Of a stretch of 33,041 bases of DNA, positions 18,441 to 27,215 are shown one piece after another. The notes under the pieces were generated by a model. It did not search any database, was not told the origin of the DNA, and saw only the letters and a program-made list of their open reading frames with translations. The first letter of the stretch is position 1. Each line of letters begins with the position of its first letter. Where the stretch lies: NCBI GenBank assembly GCA_016839515.1, contig JAEOUE010000116.1, positions 1 to 33,041 on the forward strand, in the 5' to 3' direction. A program made the position numbers and the translations under genes. Source of the DNA: Candidatus Hodarchaeum mangrovi (GTDB lineage: Archaea > Asgardarchaeota > Heimdallarchaeia > Hodarchaeales > Hodarchaeaceae).

Positions 18441-19346
18441 ATGATGAATATTCAATATTTTGATTGGGAACCTGAAAAAGGATTAGAAGAATATCAAGCC
18501 CGAATTTATAATGAAACAAATAACCCTACCCCTCCAATTACCCCAGAGTCAATCATTCAACGAAATAAGCAGGAAAAACCTGTTTTTTGTAGAATCGCAT
18601 TAACTGAAGAAAAAGAGCCTTTGGCTTATGTACAAGCACGAGACTATCCTGCTATTAAAGAAACTCACATCGGCTTTCCATGGGCTTTAACAAACTGCCC
18701 AAAAGGAGTACAAGATCGTCTTTTCGATGAAATGGTAACTTATGTAAAAAATCGAAAGGAATCAATGACAATAAGAGCAAATGCAGCATCTGAAAGAAAA
18801 GAAATTCTAGAATTCTTTAAGAAAAAAGGGCTAAAGGAAAAAACAAGAAGCTATCGATATGATATTGAGTTAAAAAAACTTAATGAAGCGAAATTCGAAG
18901 GTTATACCACCCAACTTGCAACTCTTGACGATATTGATAAGCTGGTTGAATTAATTCGCGAAGATGGCCGATTTGATGGCCAATTTCCCACTGATGAAGA
19001 CGTAAAAACGTATTTTACGGATAGAGTATTTGCTACAGGACATTGTATTCTTGTGTATAAAGATGACAATCTAGTTATGGCTTCAGCTCCTCTTATTTAT
19101 AAACTGCCTCCAGAAAATAAGGATACTCTTATTTTACGATTTCATTCGTATAGAAAAGGATCAGAAGGAGCTTATAGGCCTTTATTGGTAGAAATGGCGA
19201 AAGAATGCTTAAAAGCAAACTACGGAACACAATTTCCTATTAGTACTTTTGTTTCCCCATCTAGTGAAGAGATTTTCGCAACAATTTTAGATGATTTTGA
19301 TCCAGTAAAAACAGTTACAGGGTTTAGTTTTGGATTTGAGGAGTAA
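18441..19346 (+). CDS. Tandem GNAT-like (acetyltransferase-fold) protein
   Basis: The ORF track starts at GTG 18381, but ATG 18441 follows a GAGGT SD. FFKKKGLKE (GNAT motif B-like) and LATLDDIDKLVELI (start of a second GNAT domain) are present. Confidence 0.65.
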   Translation: MMNIQYFDWEPEKGLEEYQARIYNETNNPTPPITPESIIQRNKQEKPVFCRIALTEEKEPLAYVQARDYPAIKETHIGFPWALTNCPKGVQDRLFDEMVTYVKNRKESMTIRANAASERKEILEFFKKKGLKEKTRSYRYDIELKKLNEAKFEGYTTQLATLDDIDKLVELIREDGRFDGQFPTDEDVKTYFTDRVFATGHCILVYKDDNLVMASAPLIYKLPPENKDTLILRFHSYRKGSEGAYRPLLVEMAKECLKANYGTQFPISTFVSPSSEEIFATILDDFDPVKTVTGFSFGFEE

Positions 19347-19359
19347 ATTACTCCTCAAA
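19335..19359. repeat. Perfect 12-bp inverted repeat over the stop codon (TTTGAGGAGTAA-A-TTACTCCTCAAA); possible terminator/stability hairpin
   Basis: The two arms are exact reverse complements with a 1-nt centre. Confidence 0.6.
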
Positions 19360-19612
19360 ATTCTCATGTTTCATTCTAAAATTAATTGGCTGGCTTACAA
19401 ATCACAATATTACTCGAGTATATCTTGCAGAAAAAGCAGCAGCAGCTCTCGAGAAGGCTGAAGACCATATTCTCTCATATTAATTAATGTTACAATATTT
19501 CCAAATAATCTAGACCAAAACTTGAATAATTCTCCAAGCAAAATGGGATTCTATCTAAGTAAGGAATGCTTATAATTTCATCAATCGATGTCATATTAAA
19601 TGGTTGATAACC

Positions 19613-20683
19613 ATGGAAATTAAAGTAGTTCCCCTTGCTAAGGAAGAATTAAAGCCAAAATATGAATCAGAGGAAAATCTCGGTTTTGGTCAAATATTTA
19701 CTGATCGAATGTTAGTTTCTCATTATCATGAGGGTTGGAGTGATCCTATTATCCAAAAATATGAACCATTAGTATTGGATCCTGCCGCAATTTGTTTACA
19801 ATACGGACAAAGTATTTTTGAAGGACAAAAGGCTTATCTTTCACGATCAGGGTCGATAAATCTTTTTAGACCTAATAAAAACGTTGAAAGATTTAAAGCT
19901 TCGGCTGCACGAATGGTTATGCCTTCAATTGATGATAATATTTATTTTGAAGGATTAAAAGAACTACTTCGATTAGAAAAAGACTGGATTCCATCATCAA
20001 TTGGTTCTTCTCTCTACATTCGCCCTACAATGTTAGGAATCGATGGTCGACTAGGTGTTCAACCTTCAAAAAAGTTTCTTTTTTACATAATATTATCTCC
20101 TTCAGGTTCTTTTTTCCCAGAAGGGTTTAAACCAGTCAAAATCTATGTTTCAGATTTCTGGATCCGAGCTGCACCTGGAGGGACAGGTTTTGCTAAAACT
20201 GGAGGAAATTATGGAGCTAGCTTATTAGTTGGGGAAGAAGCTACAAAAAAGGGATGTGATCAAGTTCTCTGGTTAGATGCTATACATAAAAAGTACGTTG
20301 AAGAAGTTGGGGCAATGAATATCTTTTTCATTATTGATGACGTGATTTATACAGCTCCATTGCAGTCAGGAACTATTTTAGCGGGAGTTACTAGGGAAAG
20401 CCTTATTTATATGGCAAAAGATCTAGGATATAAAGTAAATGAGGAAGCACTTTCTATTGAGCGAATTATTAATTGTATTAAAAACAAAACATTAACTGAG
20501 TGCTTTGGAAGTGGGACTGCTGCATCTATTGCTCCTGTAGGGGCGTTAACTTATAAAACGGAAGAATATGTTATTGATAACTTTGAAATTGGTCCTATTT
20601 CTCAAACCTTATATGATAAATTAATTGGAATTCAATATGGGCTAATCTCTGATCCTTATAACTGGATTGTGACTATTAATTAA
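19613..20683 (+). CDS. ilvE: Branched-chain amino acid aminotransferase (class IV)
   Basis: LGFGQIFTDRM, LQYGQSIFEGQKAY, LYIRP, GGTGFAKTGGNY (PLP lysine), EEVGAMNIFF, ILAGVTR, FGSGTAA. ATG 19613 is preferred over TTG 19604. Confidence 0.95.
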   Translation: MEIKVVPLAKEELKPKYESEENLGFGQIFTDRMLVSHYHEGWSDPIIQKYEPLVLDPAAICLQYGQSIFEGQKAYLSRSGSINLFRPNKNVERFKASAARMVMPSIDDNIYFEGLKELLRLEKDWIPSSIGSSLYIRPTMLGIDGRLGVQPSKKFLFYIILSPSGSFFPEGFKPVKIYVSDFWIRAAPGGTGFAKTGGNYGASLLVGEEATKKGCDQVLWLDAIHKKYVEEVGAMNIFFIIDDVIYTAPLQSGTILAGVTRESLIYMAKDLGYKVNEEALSIERIINCIKNKTLTECFGSGTAASIAPVGALTYKTEEYVIDNFEIGPISQTLYDKLIGIQYGLISDPYNWIVTIN

Positions 20684-20717
20684 TTTAAAAACTTATTTAA
20701 AATAGCAGGTTTTTCTT

Positions 20718-21842
20718 TTGAAATTAAATGAATTTAAGCTTGAACGTTATTTTGCAAAATATGAGTTTAAGACAGCTTATAATTTATGCGCCTCAGATTG
20801 TGAACCTTTGACAATCAATGATCTTTTAGAAATGGAAGAAGGATCTTTATCAGCTCTTAAAAAGCAAGGATTGGGCTATACTGAGTCAGCAGGAGATCCT
20901 GAATTATTAGAATTAGTCTCAGGGCTATATACTACTATTATACCTGACCAAATTCTAACTTTCTCTGGTGCAGAAGAAGCTATTTTTATTTTCATGAATG
21001 TTTTATTAAATCCAGGAGATCATATCATCGTACAATTTCCTGCGTATCAATCTCTTTTTGAAATCGCTCAGACCATTGGATGTAAAGTAACTCTATGGGA
21101 ATTGGACTCTCTAAATGATTGGGAGCTTGATCTTCAAGTTTTACTCGATGATATTAATCCTAGAACACGAGCTATTATCATTAATTTTCCTCATAATCCG
21201 ACTGGTACTCATATTTCGAGACAAAAACTAAACCAAATCATCGATATTGCACAAGAAAACAATATTTATCTATTTTCTGATGAAGTATATCGACTATTAG
21301 AATATAATTCTTTGCAAAGATTACCAGCAGTTTGTGATCTTTATGACAACGGAGTGTCACTAGGGGTCATGTCAAAAGCTTTTGGATTAGCTGGACTTCG
21401 TATTGGTTGGATTTCTTCACCTAATAGAGAATTATTAAAGCAATTATCTATGTTCAAAGATTATACAACTATCTGTAATAGTGCTTCAAGTGAATTTTTG
21501 GCCAAAATTGCATTAAAACAAGTAGATACAATAGTAGAACGCAACTTAAATATCATCAATCAGAATCATGAATTATTTTCTGAATTTTTTGCCAATTTTA
21601 AGGAATTTTTTAATTATATTCCTCCTAAAGCTGGTTCAGTTGCTTTTCCCTGCTTCAAATCAGACTCTTCATTTGAACAATTTTATATTGATCTTGCCAG
21701 AGAAAAAAATGTATTGCTTCTTCCTGGTTCAACCTTTAATTACCCCAACCGTTATTTTAGAATTGGATTTGGTAGAAAAGGAGTAGCTGGAGCTTTGGAT
21801 TTATTAAGTGAATTTATTAATTCATCTTTTTTGGTAAAATAA
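20718..21842 (+). CDS. Class I/II PLP-dependent aminotransferase
   Basis: FKLERYFAKYEF, GAEEAIF, NFPHNPTG, DEVYR, MSKAFGLAGLRIGW, FRIGFG. Confidence 0.92.
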   Translation: MKLNEFKLERYFAKYEFKTAYNLCASDCEPLTINDLLEMEEGSLSALKKQGLGYTESAGDPELLELVSGLYTTIIPDQILTFSGAEEAIFIFMNVLLNPGDHIIVQFPAYQSLFEIAQTIGCKVTLWELDSLNDWELDLQVLLDDINPRTRAIIINFPHNPTGTHISRQKLNQIIDIAQENNIYLFSDEVYRLLEYNSLQRLPAVCDLYDNGVSLGVMSKAFGLAGLRIGWISSPNRELLKQLSMFKDYTTICNSASSEFLAKIALKQVDTIVERNLNIINQNHELFSEFFANFKEFFNYIPPKAGSVAFPCFKSDSSFEQFYIDLAREKNVLLLPGSTFNYPNRYFRIGFGRKGVAGALDLLSEFINSSFLVK

Positions 21843-21882
21843 GGTAATAATTGGTGATATTGTATTAAATCATTACCTTTTT
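21841..21882 (+). terminator. Possible hairpin plus T-tract terminator after the aminotransferase operon
   Basis: AAGGTAATAATT ... AATCATTACCTT (11/12 complementary) running into a short T-tract. Confidence 0.3.
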
Positions 21883-22055
21883 CACTTGATTCTTAATGGG
21901 GAAACAAATTAGGTTCATATACCATATTTAGTAATGATGGAGAAATAATTTATAAAGGGAAAATCAAATAAATACAGGAGAATTTGCTAACTAAATTCCT
22001 ATATGGATTCCTTACAAAATTATTATCTTATTTCAGATGCTAGAAGGGATATAAT

Positions 22056-22889
22056 TTGTCAAGCACAGAAAATAATTGTATAGAAAATTGTATCACAAAT
22101 GTCTGTCAGGGCTGTACAGATGCTTGCACTGAGCGTTGTGAAGGTAACTGCCAAGATGCTTGCGATCAAGCGTGTGAAAATGCCTGTAATCAAGCTTGTT
22201 CAAATGCTTGCTCAGATGTAACTTGTAGATGTGGACCTTCTACTTTAAATCTTCTTTTCTTCATGAGTGGTACCATCATTATCCCCTTTTTTAGTACCTT
22301 AATTCTTGGAATCTTTCAAGCCTTTGATCCACGGGGACCCTTATGGATGACGATATTTGGGTCAATAATTCTTGCAATTAATCTCTCAGGTATCAAATTT
22401 GGCAATTTCCAACATAAATCAACCTGTAATCTTAGCGATCTGCCCTATACCTCAAAGTTTGGATTTATTAAGATCACACATTCACATCACCCTAAAACAT
22501 TAATTTCAGAAGGCCATGAGCTCCTTTTTAAAGGTAGATATTTTTGCACAGGTTGTTATGGACTTCTAATTGGAACATTGTTAGCAATATTAGTTGCATT
22601 AGGGTATCTTTCCCTTGGATTAGCCCCTCAGATTTTGCCTTTAGTCATTCTATTAATACCGATCTGCTATCTCCCCATAATTCTTCGTTATAGTCTAGGA
22701 AATAGATCTGGAACCATTTTCAGATTTATTTCGAATGCCCTCTTACCAGTCGGAAGTTGTTTTCTCTTTATAGCAGTAGATTTTCTCTACCATGATTGGA
22801 TGTTAAATACACTAACAGTTCTTTTCGTCCTCTTCCTTGCCTCTTTAAGGGGTTTAATTGGTGCAAAGAGTAATAAATTTACTGAATAA
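22056..22889 (+). CDS. Membrane protein with an N-terminal Cys-x3 repeat and a DUF2085-like His/Cys membrane domain
   Basis: 14 Cys in residues 8-59; about 6 hydrophobic segments; HSHH..GHE..YFCTGCYG motif before a TM helix. TTG start. Confidence 0.75.
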   Translation: MSSTENNCIENCITNVCQGCTDACTERCEGNCQDACDQACENACNQACSNACSDVTCRCGPSTLNLLFFMSGTIIIPFFSTLILGIFQAFDPRGPLWMTIFGSIILAINLSGIKFGNFQHKSTCNLSDLPYTSKFGFIKITHSHHPKTLISEGHELLFKGRYFCTGCYGLLIGTLLAILVALGYLSLGLAPQILPLVILLIPICYLPIILRYSLGNRSGTIFRFISNALLPVGSCFLFIAVDFLYHDWMLNTLTVLFVLFLASLRGLIGAKSNKFTE

Positions 22890-23082
22890 CTTTAATTTGA
22901 AAATACAACGAAGATAATTTTAGGATAAAACCACTAATTACAAGGTCATTGTTAATTATTACATCTATTATCTCTTCTAAATATTATTTCCTTTACTCTC
23001 ACTCTGGAGTGCTCTGATTGATCTGACTTATTTTTTAAAAACATTTTCATTTAAATTGATACATTCCTAAGGATGCACTAGG

Positions 23083-23913
23083 TTACTCGATTTCATAAAC
23101 TTCGCCATATAGAGTACCAATGGCATAAATAGTTCCTATCAATACTTTAGGAACATAGATATCCCCATCTATGGAAAGAGAATGGATAACAGAACGAAAT
23201 TCATCTAATGAAACGTCAGAAGCAATCGATAGGTCTCCATATACTTTAAGATGTATTTTTTCATCTCTTTCTATATAAATTTTAAAAAAATCACGGGGAA
23301 GAGAAACATCACCATCAAAGCTTTTTGTAATAATAGTGGGGGGAGTATCACTCGAATATTTTTCGATTTTACCACAGTCACGAGCGATTTTTATAGTAAG
23401 AAGATAAAGATGGGATGGAACAAAAATTTGATCAACATTTCGAAGTTCTTTAACCTTTTTGAACGTTTTACGATCAATATCAGGACCAAAAGTTAATCGT
23501 TTAATATCCACGAATCTAATAGTTTCCTCAAGTTCCATTAAATCCTCTAAACTCAAATCTAAAGAATCAATATTTCCAATATACCCCTCTTCTTGAACTA
23601 AATAGCTATCGATTATCTCATTTAATAAGTCTGAAATTGTCTTTCCTTGCTCTCTAGCTTTTTCCACAATTAATCTATACTTTTGATAATCAAGTCCTCT
23701 TATACCAATTACTTCAGGTATCCTAGGACGACGAGGAGGTTTCGGGGGACGAGGAGGTTTCGGGGGCATAGAGTTCATACCTTCCCAAGATTTAGAAGAT
23801 TTATATTGATGCTTATTAGCTTTATCAGATTCCCATTTTAATTCTTCATCATTGTCATCATCATCTTCCCATTCATCTTCGTTGTAAGATTCTTCATTTT
23901 CTTCCTCTTTCAT
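23083..23913 (-). CDS. Hypothetical protein with acidic N-terminus, Pro-rich linker and ribbon-helix-helix-like DNA-binding segment
   Basis: EEENEESYNEDEWEDDDDNDEE; PPKPPRPPKPPRRP; IGIRGLDYQKYRLIVEKAREQGKTISDLLNEIIDSYL (beta-helix-G-helix); then two similar ~80-aa units. Confidence 0.75.
   Translation of the reverse strand: MKEEENEESYNEDEWEDDDDNDEELKWESDKANKHQYKSSKSWEGMNSMPPKPPRPPKPPRRPRIPEVIGIRGLDYQKYRLIVEKAREQGKTISDLLNEIIDSYLVQEEGYIGNIDSLDLSLEDLMELEETIRFVDIKRLTFGPDIDRKTFKKVKELRNVDQIFVPSHLYLLTIKIARDCGKIEKYSSDTPPTIITKSFDGDVSLPRDFFKIYIERDEKIHLKVYGDLSIASDVSLDEFRSVIHSLSIDGDIYVPKVLIGTIYAIGTLYGEVYEIE
23731..23766. repeat. Perfect 18-bp tandem duplication (ACGAGGAGGTTTCGGGGG x2) encoding PPKPPR x2
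   Basis: Seen directly; in-frame and GC-rich in an AT-rich background. Confidence 0.9.
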
Positions 23914-23948
23914 ATTTGCATACTTCCTTGATTGATATCCTTCTAACC

Positions 23949-24158
23949 TTAAAAAAATCGAAGAAGGTGAAAATATACGATTTCACATTTAGGGTTTGTT
24001 TTATGGGGATTTGGAGTTACCAATCTATGATTTTTACGATGGAAATCCTTGTGTGCAGTTTTATTGTATTTTTCAACAATATTTTTTACCATCTTTACAT
24101 ATTTTTCTGGATATAGAAGAAAAAATTCCTGTTCAATGCGCTCCAGCATTTTTTCCAT
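23949..24158 (-). CDS. Small hypothetical protein (69 aa), probably the first gene of an operon with the RHH-like gene
   Basis: ATG 24158 is preceded by AGGTTG. It lies between a TATA box/repeat array and the RHH-like gene, 35 bp downstream. Confidence 0.5.
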   Translation of the reverse strand: MEKMLERIEQEFFLLYPEKYVKMVKNIVEKYNKTAHKDFHRKNHRLVTPNPHKTNPKCEIVYFHLLRFF

Positions 24159-24163
24159 CAACC

Positions 24164-24236
24164 TGTTAGTTCTGTGTTAACAGAATTATCATTGTTTAAA
24201 AATGTTACTATTGTTATCAATGTTAACATATATAAG
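24164..24236 (-). promoter_or_regulatory. TATA box followed by an array of TAACA-core direct repeats (candidate operator)
   Basis: Minus strand reads CTTATATAT (24236-24228), then GTTAACATT GATAACAAT AGTAACATT (9-bp period), TTTAAACAAT, and further TAACA cores. On the + strand TGTTA occurs at 24164, 24175, 24203, 24212 and 24221. Confidence 0.55.
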
Positions 24237-24447
24237 CTAGATTCTAAACCTACTTCTAGGTAAATAAAGCTAAAAATTTGTTTGATTTAACCATGAAAAA
24301 TAATTTATCTCTACTGCATCAAAGTAATAGTTATTTAAAGGAAGTATAAACTTTTAAAGAAGAAAATATGAAAAAAAAAATAACTTGCATTCTTCCTAAT
24401 ATAAAAATAAGGCAAAAAGAGAAAGATCTAGGAAGATGGATAGTCCC

Positions 24448-25305
24448 TTATTTATGCTTCAGAAAAGTACCTTGTCGATATTCCTCAAACGCTAATTGCA
24501 ATTCTGCTTGACTATTCATCACGATTGGCCCAGCCCAGGCAATAGGCTCCTTTAAAGGCATTCCACTAATAAATAGAAATCTGAATCCATTTTTACCTGC
24601 TTTTGCGTATATATATTCCCCATCATCAAAGGTGACTAATTGAGTGTCCTTAATTTGTTTAACGGACTGTTCATCAAAATATCCTTCACCATCAATTGCA
24701 TATGCTAAACAGGTGAACCCTTTATTAGTATCTAGAGTGAATGAGATTTCAGGTGGTATTGTAACATCTAGATATGTTGGTTCAACGACAATATCTTTGA
24801 CAGGTCCCTTTGTTCCATTTAAATTCCCTGCTATTAACTTTATTTCTATATTATTAGGAAAATGCAACTTAGGAATTTCTTCTTCCTTAATTTCTTGATA
24901 TCGTGGAGCCATCATTTTTGATTTTGCAGGAAGGTTCACCCATAATTGAAATCCTCCCATCCTTCCAGTTGAGGATGGTTGAGGCATCTCACTGTGGATT
25001 ATTCCTGAACCTGCAGTCATCCACTGTACATCACCAAGTCCAATAATTCCTCCATTACCTAAACTATCTTCATGTTTTATTTTCCCTTCGATCATATAGG
25101 TTACTGTTTCAATACCACGGTGTGGGTGCCAAGGGAATCCTGCAATATAGCTTTCTGGATTGTCTCCACGAAAATCATCCAGTAATAAGAATGGATCGAG
25201 TAGTTTTGCTTCATTATGAGCAAAAGCTCGTCTTAACCTAACTCCAGCACCTTCTAGGGTTGGTTGACTGTTTTTAACAGCGTTTATCTTGCGAAGTTGT
25301 TTCAT
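24448..25305 (-). CDS. Pirin family protein (bicupin)
   Basis: EGAGVRLRR, DPFLLLD, GFPWHPHRGIETVTY, QWMTAGSGIIHSE, FQLWVNLP, GPIVMN. Confidence 0.95.
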   Translation of the reverse strand: MKQLRKINAVKNSQPTLEGAGVRLRRAFAHNEAKLLDPFLLLDDFRGDNPESYIAGFPWHPHRGIETVTYMIEGKIKHEDSLGNGGIIGLGDVQWMTAGSGIIHSEMPQPSSTGRMGGFQLWVNLPAKSKMMAPRYQEIKEEEIPKLHFPNNIEIKLIAGNLNGTKGPVKDIVVEPTYLDVTIPPEISFTLDTNKGFTCLAYAIDGEGYFDEQSVKQIKDTQLVTFDDGEYIYAKAGKNGFRFLFISGMPLKEPIAWAGPIVMNSQAELQLAFEEYRQGTFLKHK

Positions 25306-25367
25306 AAATAGACATATTTCTAGATGATTTTATATTTCTCTTTTCTTGATTCGCAAGTTTATTTAAA

Positions 25368-25778
25368 TTAAATCTCTCCATATAAGCGAAAAACAAAATC
25401 CTCGACCTCATGTGTAAACTTATTAATAAACTGGTTAAACATTTTATAATATGGGCAATAATCATCACTTATGACTTTATGCTGTTTCATATCCCAGATC
25501 AGTGGATAAAAAGTACAACCTTTCGGTCGTAGATCATAGATTGAACATAAACCTTCATTATTTAGGAAAAAACAAACTAATTCTCCATTATTTCGTTCTT
25601 TATTCCTTAATACTTTTAATCCATCTTCGGTTTTCATTGAAAATTGCGCTGGGTCTTTCTTCACCAGATCAGATATTCGTTTGATATCCTCTGGAGATAA
25701 AATCATTTCAGTTTCAACACAACAATGAAAACATTTTTTCTTTAAACAAATATCTCCCTTAACATTTAGCTCTTTCAG
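25368..25778 (-). CDS. YkgJ-family (CxxCxxCC) Zn/Fe-S cluster protein
   Basis: C-terminal CFFL....LCSIYDLRPKGCTFYP..C. The N-terminal CLKKKCFHCC is in frame but upstream of the called ATG 25706. The start is tentatively placed at CTG 25778, 7 nt after AGGTGA. Confidence 0.8.
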   Translation of the reverse strand: MKELNVKGDICLKKKCFHCCVETEMILSPEDIKRISDLVKKDPAQFSMKTEDGLKVLRNKERNNGELVCFFLNNEGLCSIYDLRPKGCTFYPLIWDMKQHKVISDDYCPYYKMFNQFINKFTHEVEDFVFRLYGEI

Positions 25779-25799
25779 GAATTGTTCACCTAATTATTT

Positions 25800-26549
25800 T
25801 TAGGCATCAAAAATTTTATTACTTTCTGAATTATAGTACACATATTCTTCAACAAGAATAGATAAATCTTTACTATTCTTTGATAAAAAAGTGAATATAT
25901 CATCTACAAACTTCATTAATGCAATCTTTGCTCTAGAATCCATTGGTAGAGGAAACTCTTTTAGTATTTTATTTTTTAGGAAGATCAATTTTTTTCTATC
26001 GATTTCTGATTGAATCTTTCGTACTTCGGAATCGAAATCCGTCTCACGTAACCATGGATAATATAGAAAAAGCTCACTTCCCATTGTTTTGTTTGAAAAG
26101 CTATCTTCAAAATCAATTGCCCAAATTTGGTCTGAAGTTATAAGATAATTAGCCCCATGCCGATCTAAAGCTCCTATCCAGGCCTCAAATACAATTAATT
26201 CCTTTAACTTTGTTTCTATCCTGTTTCTACTCTTCTGTAATTCTTCACCTCCCTCAATCCAAAATTGGAGTAAGCCATAAGAATGTCCTATTTTTGATAA
26301 TATAGATTGAGGAATTGGTATTTCAAGAAATTGGGCTAATATGGAAATAATATATTCAGTTAAAAGAATTTTAGGACTTAACTTTTTCCATAACCATTTA
26401 TTATTTTCAGTATCAGTAAAAACAAAGGCTTTTTTTTTATAATTTGTTCCTCTGACAGAAATTGTATCGATGGAGTCCACTAATGAGAGAATTTTCTCGT
26501 GTGAGAATATTGGATAGATTTTGATGTCTTCTTGAGTGGAACCTTCCAT
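25800..26549 (-). CDS. HipA-like / PI3K-PI4K-superfamily atypical kinase
   Basis: WLWKK (beta3 Lys), TEYIISILAQFLEIPIP (alphaC Glu), FEAWIGALDRHGANYL (catalytic loop) and WAIDFEDSF (Mg-binding). Confidence 0.75.
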   Translation of the reverse strand: MEGSTQEDIKIYPIFSHEKILSLVDSIDTISVRGTNYKKKAFVFTDTENNKWLWKKLSPKILLTEYIISILAQFLEIPIPQSILSKIGHSYGLLQFWIEGGEELQKSRNRIETKLKELIVFEAWIGALDRHGANYLITSDQIWAIDFEDSFSNKTMGSELFLYYPWLRETDFDSEVRKIQSEIDRKKLIFLKNKILKEFPLPMDSRAKIALMKFVDDIFTFLSKNSKDLSILVEEYVYYNSESNKIFDA

Positions 26550-26696
26550 GATAGGTCACCAGGAGCATTTTTTAGCACCCTAAAGGGTTAGGGAACGATT
26601 TACTTAGCATATTGAAATTTTTGTAAGTTATTTTTATTATTATTCTAGTTTATTTCCCAGATTGAAATAAATTTCAATTAATTGTGTAAAACATTT

Positions 26697-27215
26697 CTAT
26701 TGTTGGAACAATTTAGGTCTTGAATTAGATTCTGTATTAATAATTGCTTCAAATTTATTTAATTCTTCTTGGATTTCTGCGATATTGGCCCTAAGCTTCT
26801 CAAAACCCACCATAAAACGTAATGCGAGACCCATAATAAAATTTGCAAAATGAATTTCCCCACAATAACCATATAATGATAAATGATAACCAAGATTCAT
26901 TTTGAGAAAACTTAAAGCTTGACGCCCTTCAGCTGTGTCTCGTCTGTTTAAATATTCATAAAGAATTTGACCAACATTATATCCCCACATTTGAGCAATT
27001 TGGTCTTCAGAGCCTGAAACTGACATTATTGCGTTTAACGCTTCCTCATAGGAACGTTCTAGCTGTTTTTTCACTCCAAGTGCAACTTCATCAGTAATTC
27101 CTAATCGCTCTTGAACATGTTCAACTTTATCCATTAAATTAGTTAGCTCTTCTGTTGCCTCTGTGGTTTCAGACTCTTTTTTAAGCTGTTCGAGAAGCTT
27201 TGTACCTTCTTTCAT
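26697..27215 (-). CDS. Hypothetical helical protein
   Basis: The ORF track gives 27266, but ATG 27215 (MKEGTK) looks more likely. Terminal coiled-coil segments flank a helical core. No family recognised. Confidence 0.7.
   Translation of the reverse strand: MKEGTKLLEQLKKESETTEATEELTNLMDKVEHVQERLGITDEVALGVKKQLERSYEEALNAIMSVSGSEDQIAQMWGYNVGQILYEYLNRRDTAEGRQALSFLKMNLGYHLSLYGYCGEIHFANFIMGLALRFMVGFEKLRANIAEIQEELNKFEAIINTESNSRPKLFQQ

Noticed and set aside
19360-19603. Short frames in the gap, including minus-strand MVFSLLESCCCFFCKIYSSNIVICKPAN and plus-strand ..LAEKAAAALEKAEDHILSY
   Set aside because: The Cys/Ala runs derive from one GCA triplet run; both are very short and the plus-strand frame has no start codon.
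24164-24227. CRISPR array or replication-origin iterons
   Set aside because: The units are only 9 bp with no spacers; there are no cas or orc1/cdc6 genes or ORB-like G-strings nearby.
25800-26549. Calling the DRHxxN kinase a TOR homologue acting with the Rag-like GTPases
   Set aside because: It is only 249 aa with no FAT/FRB/FATC regions, lies about 10 kb from the GTPases, and the motif is shared with widespread HipA-like kinases.
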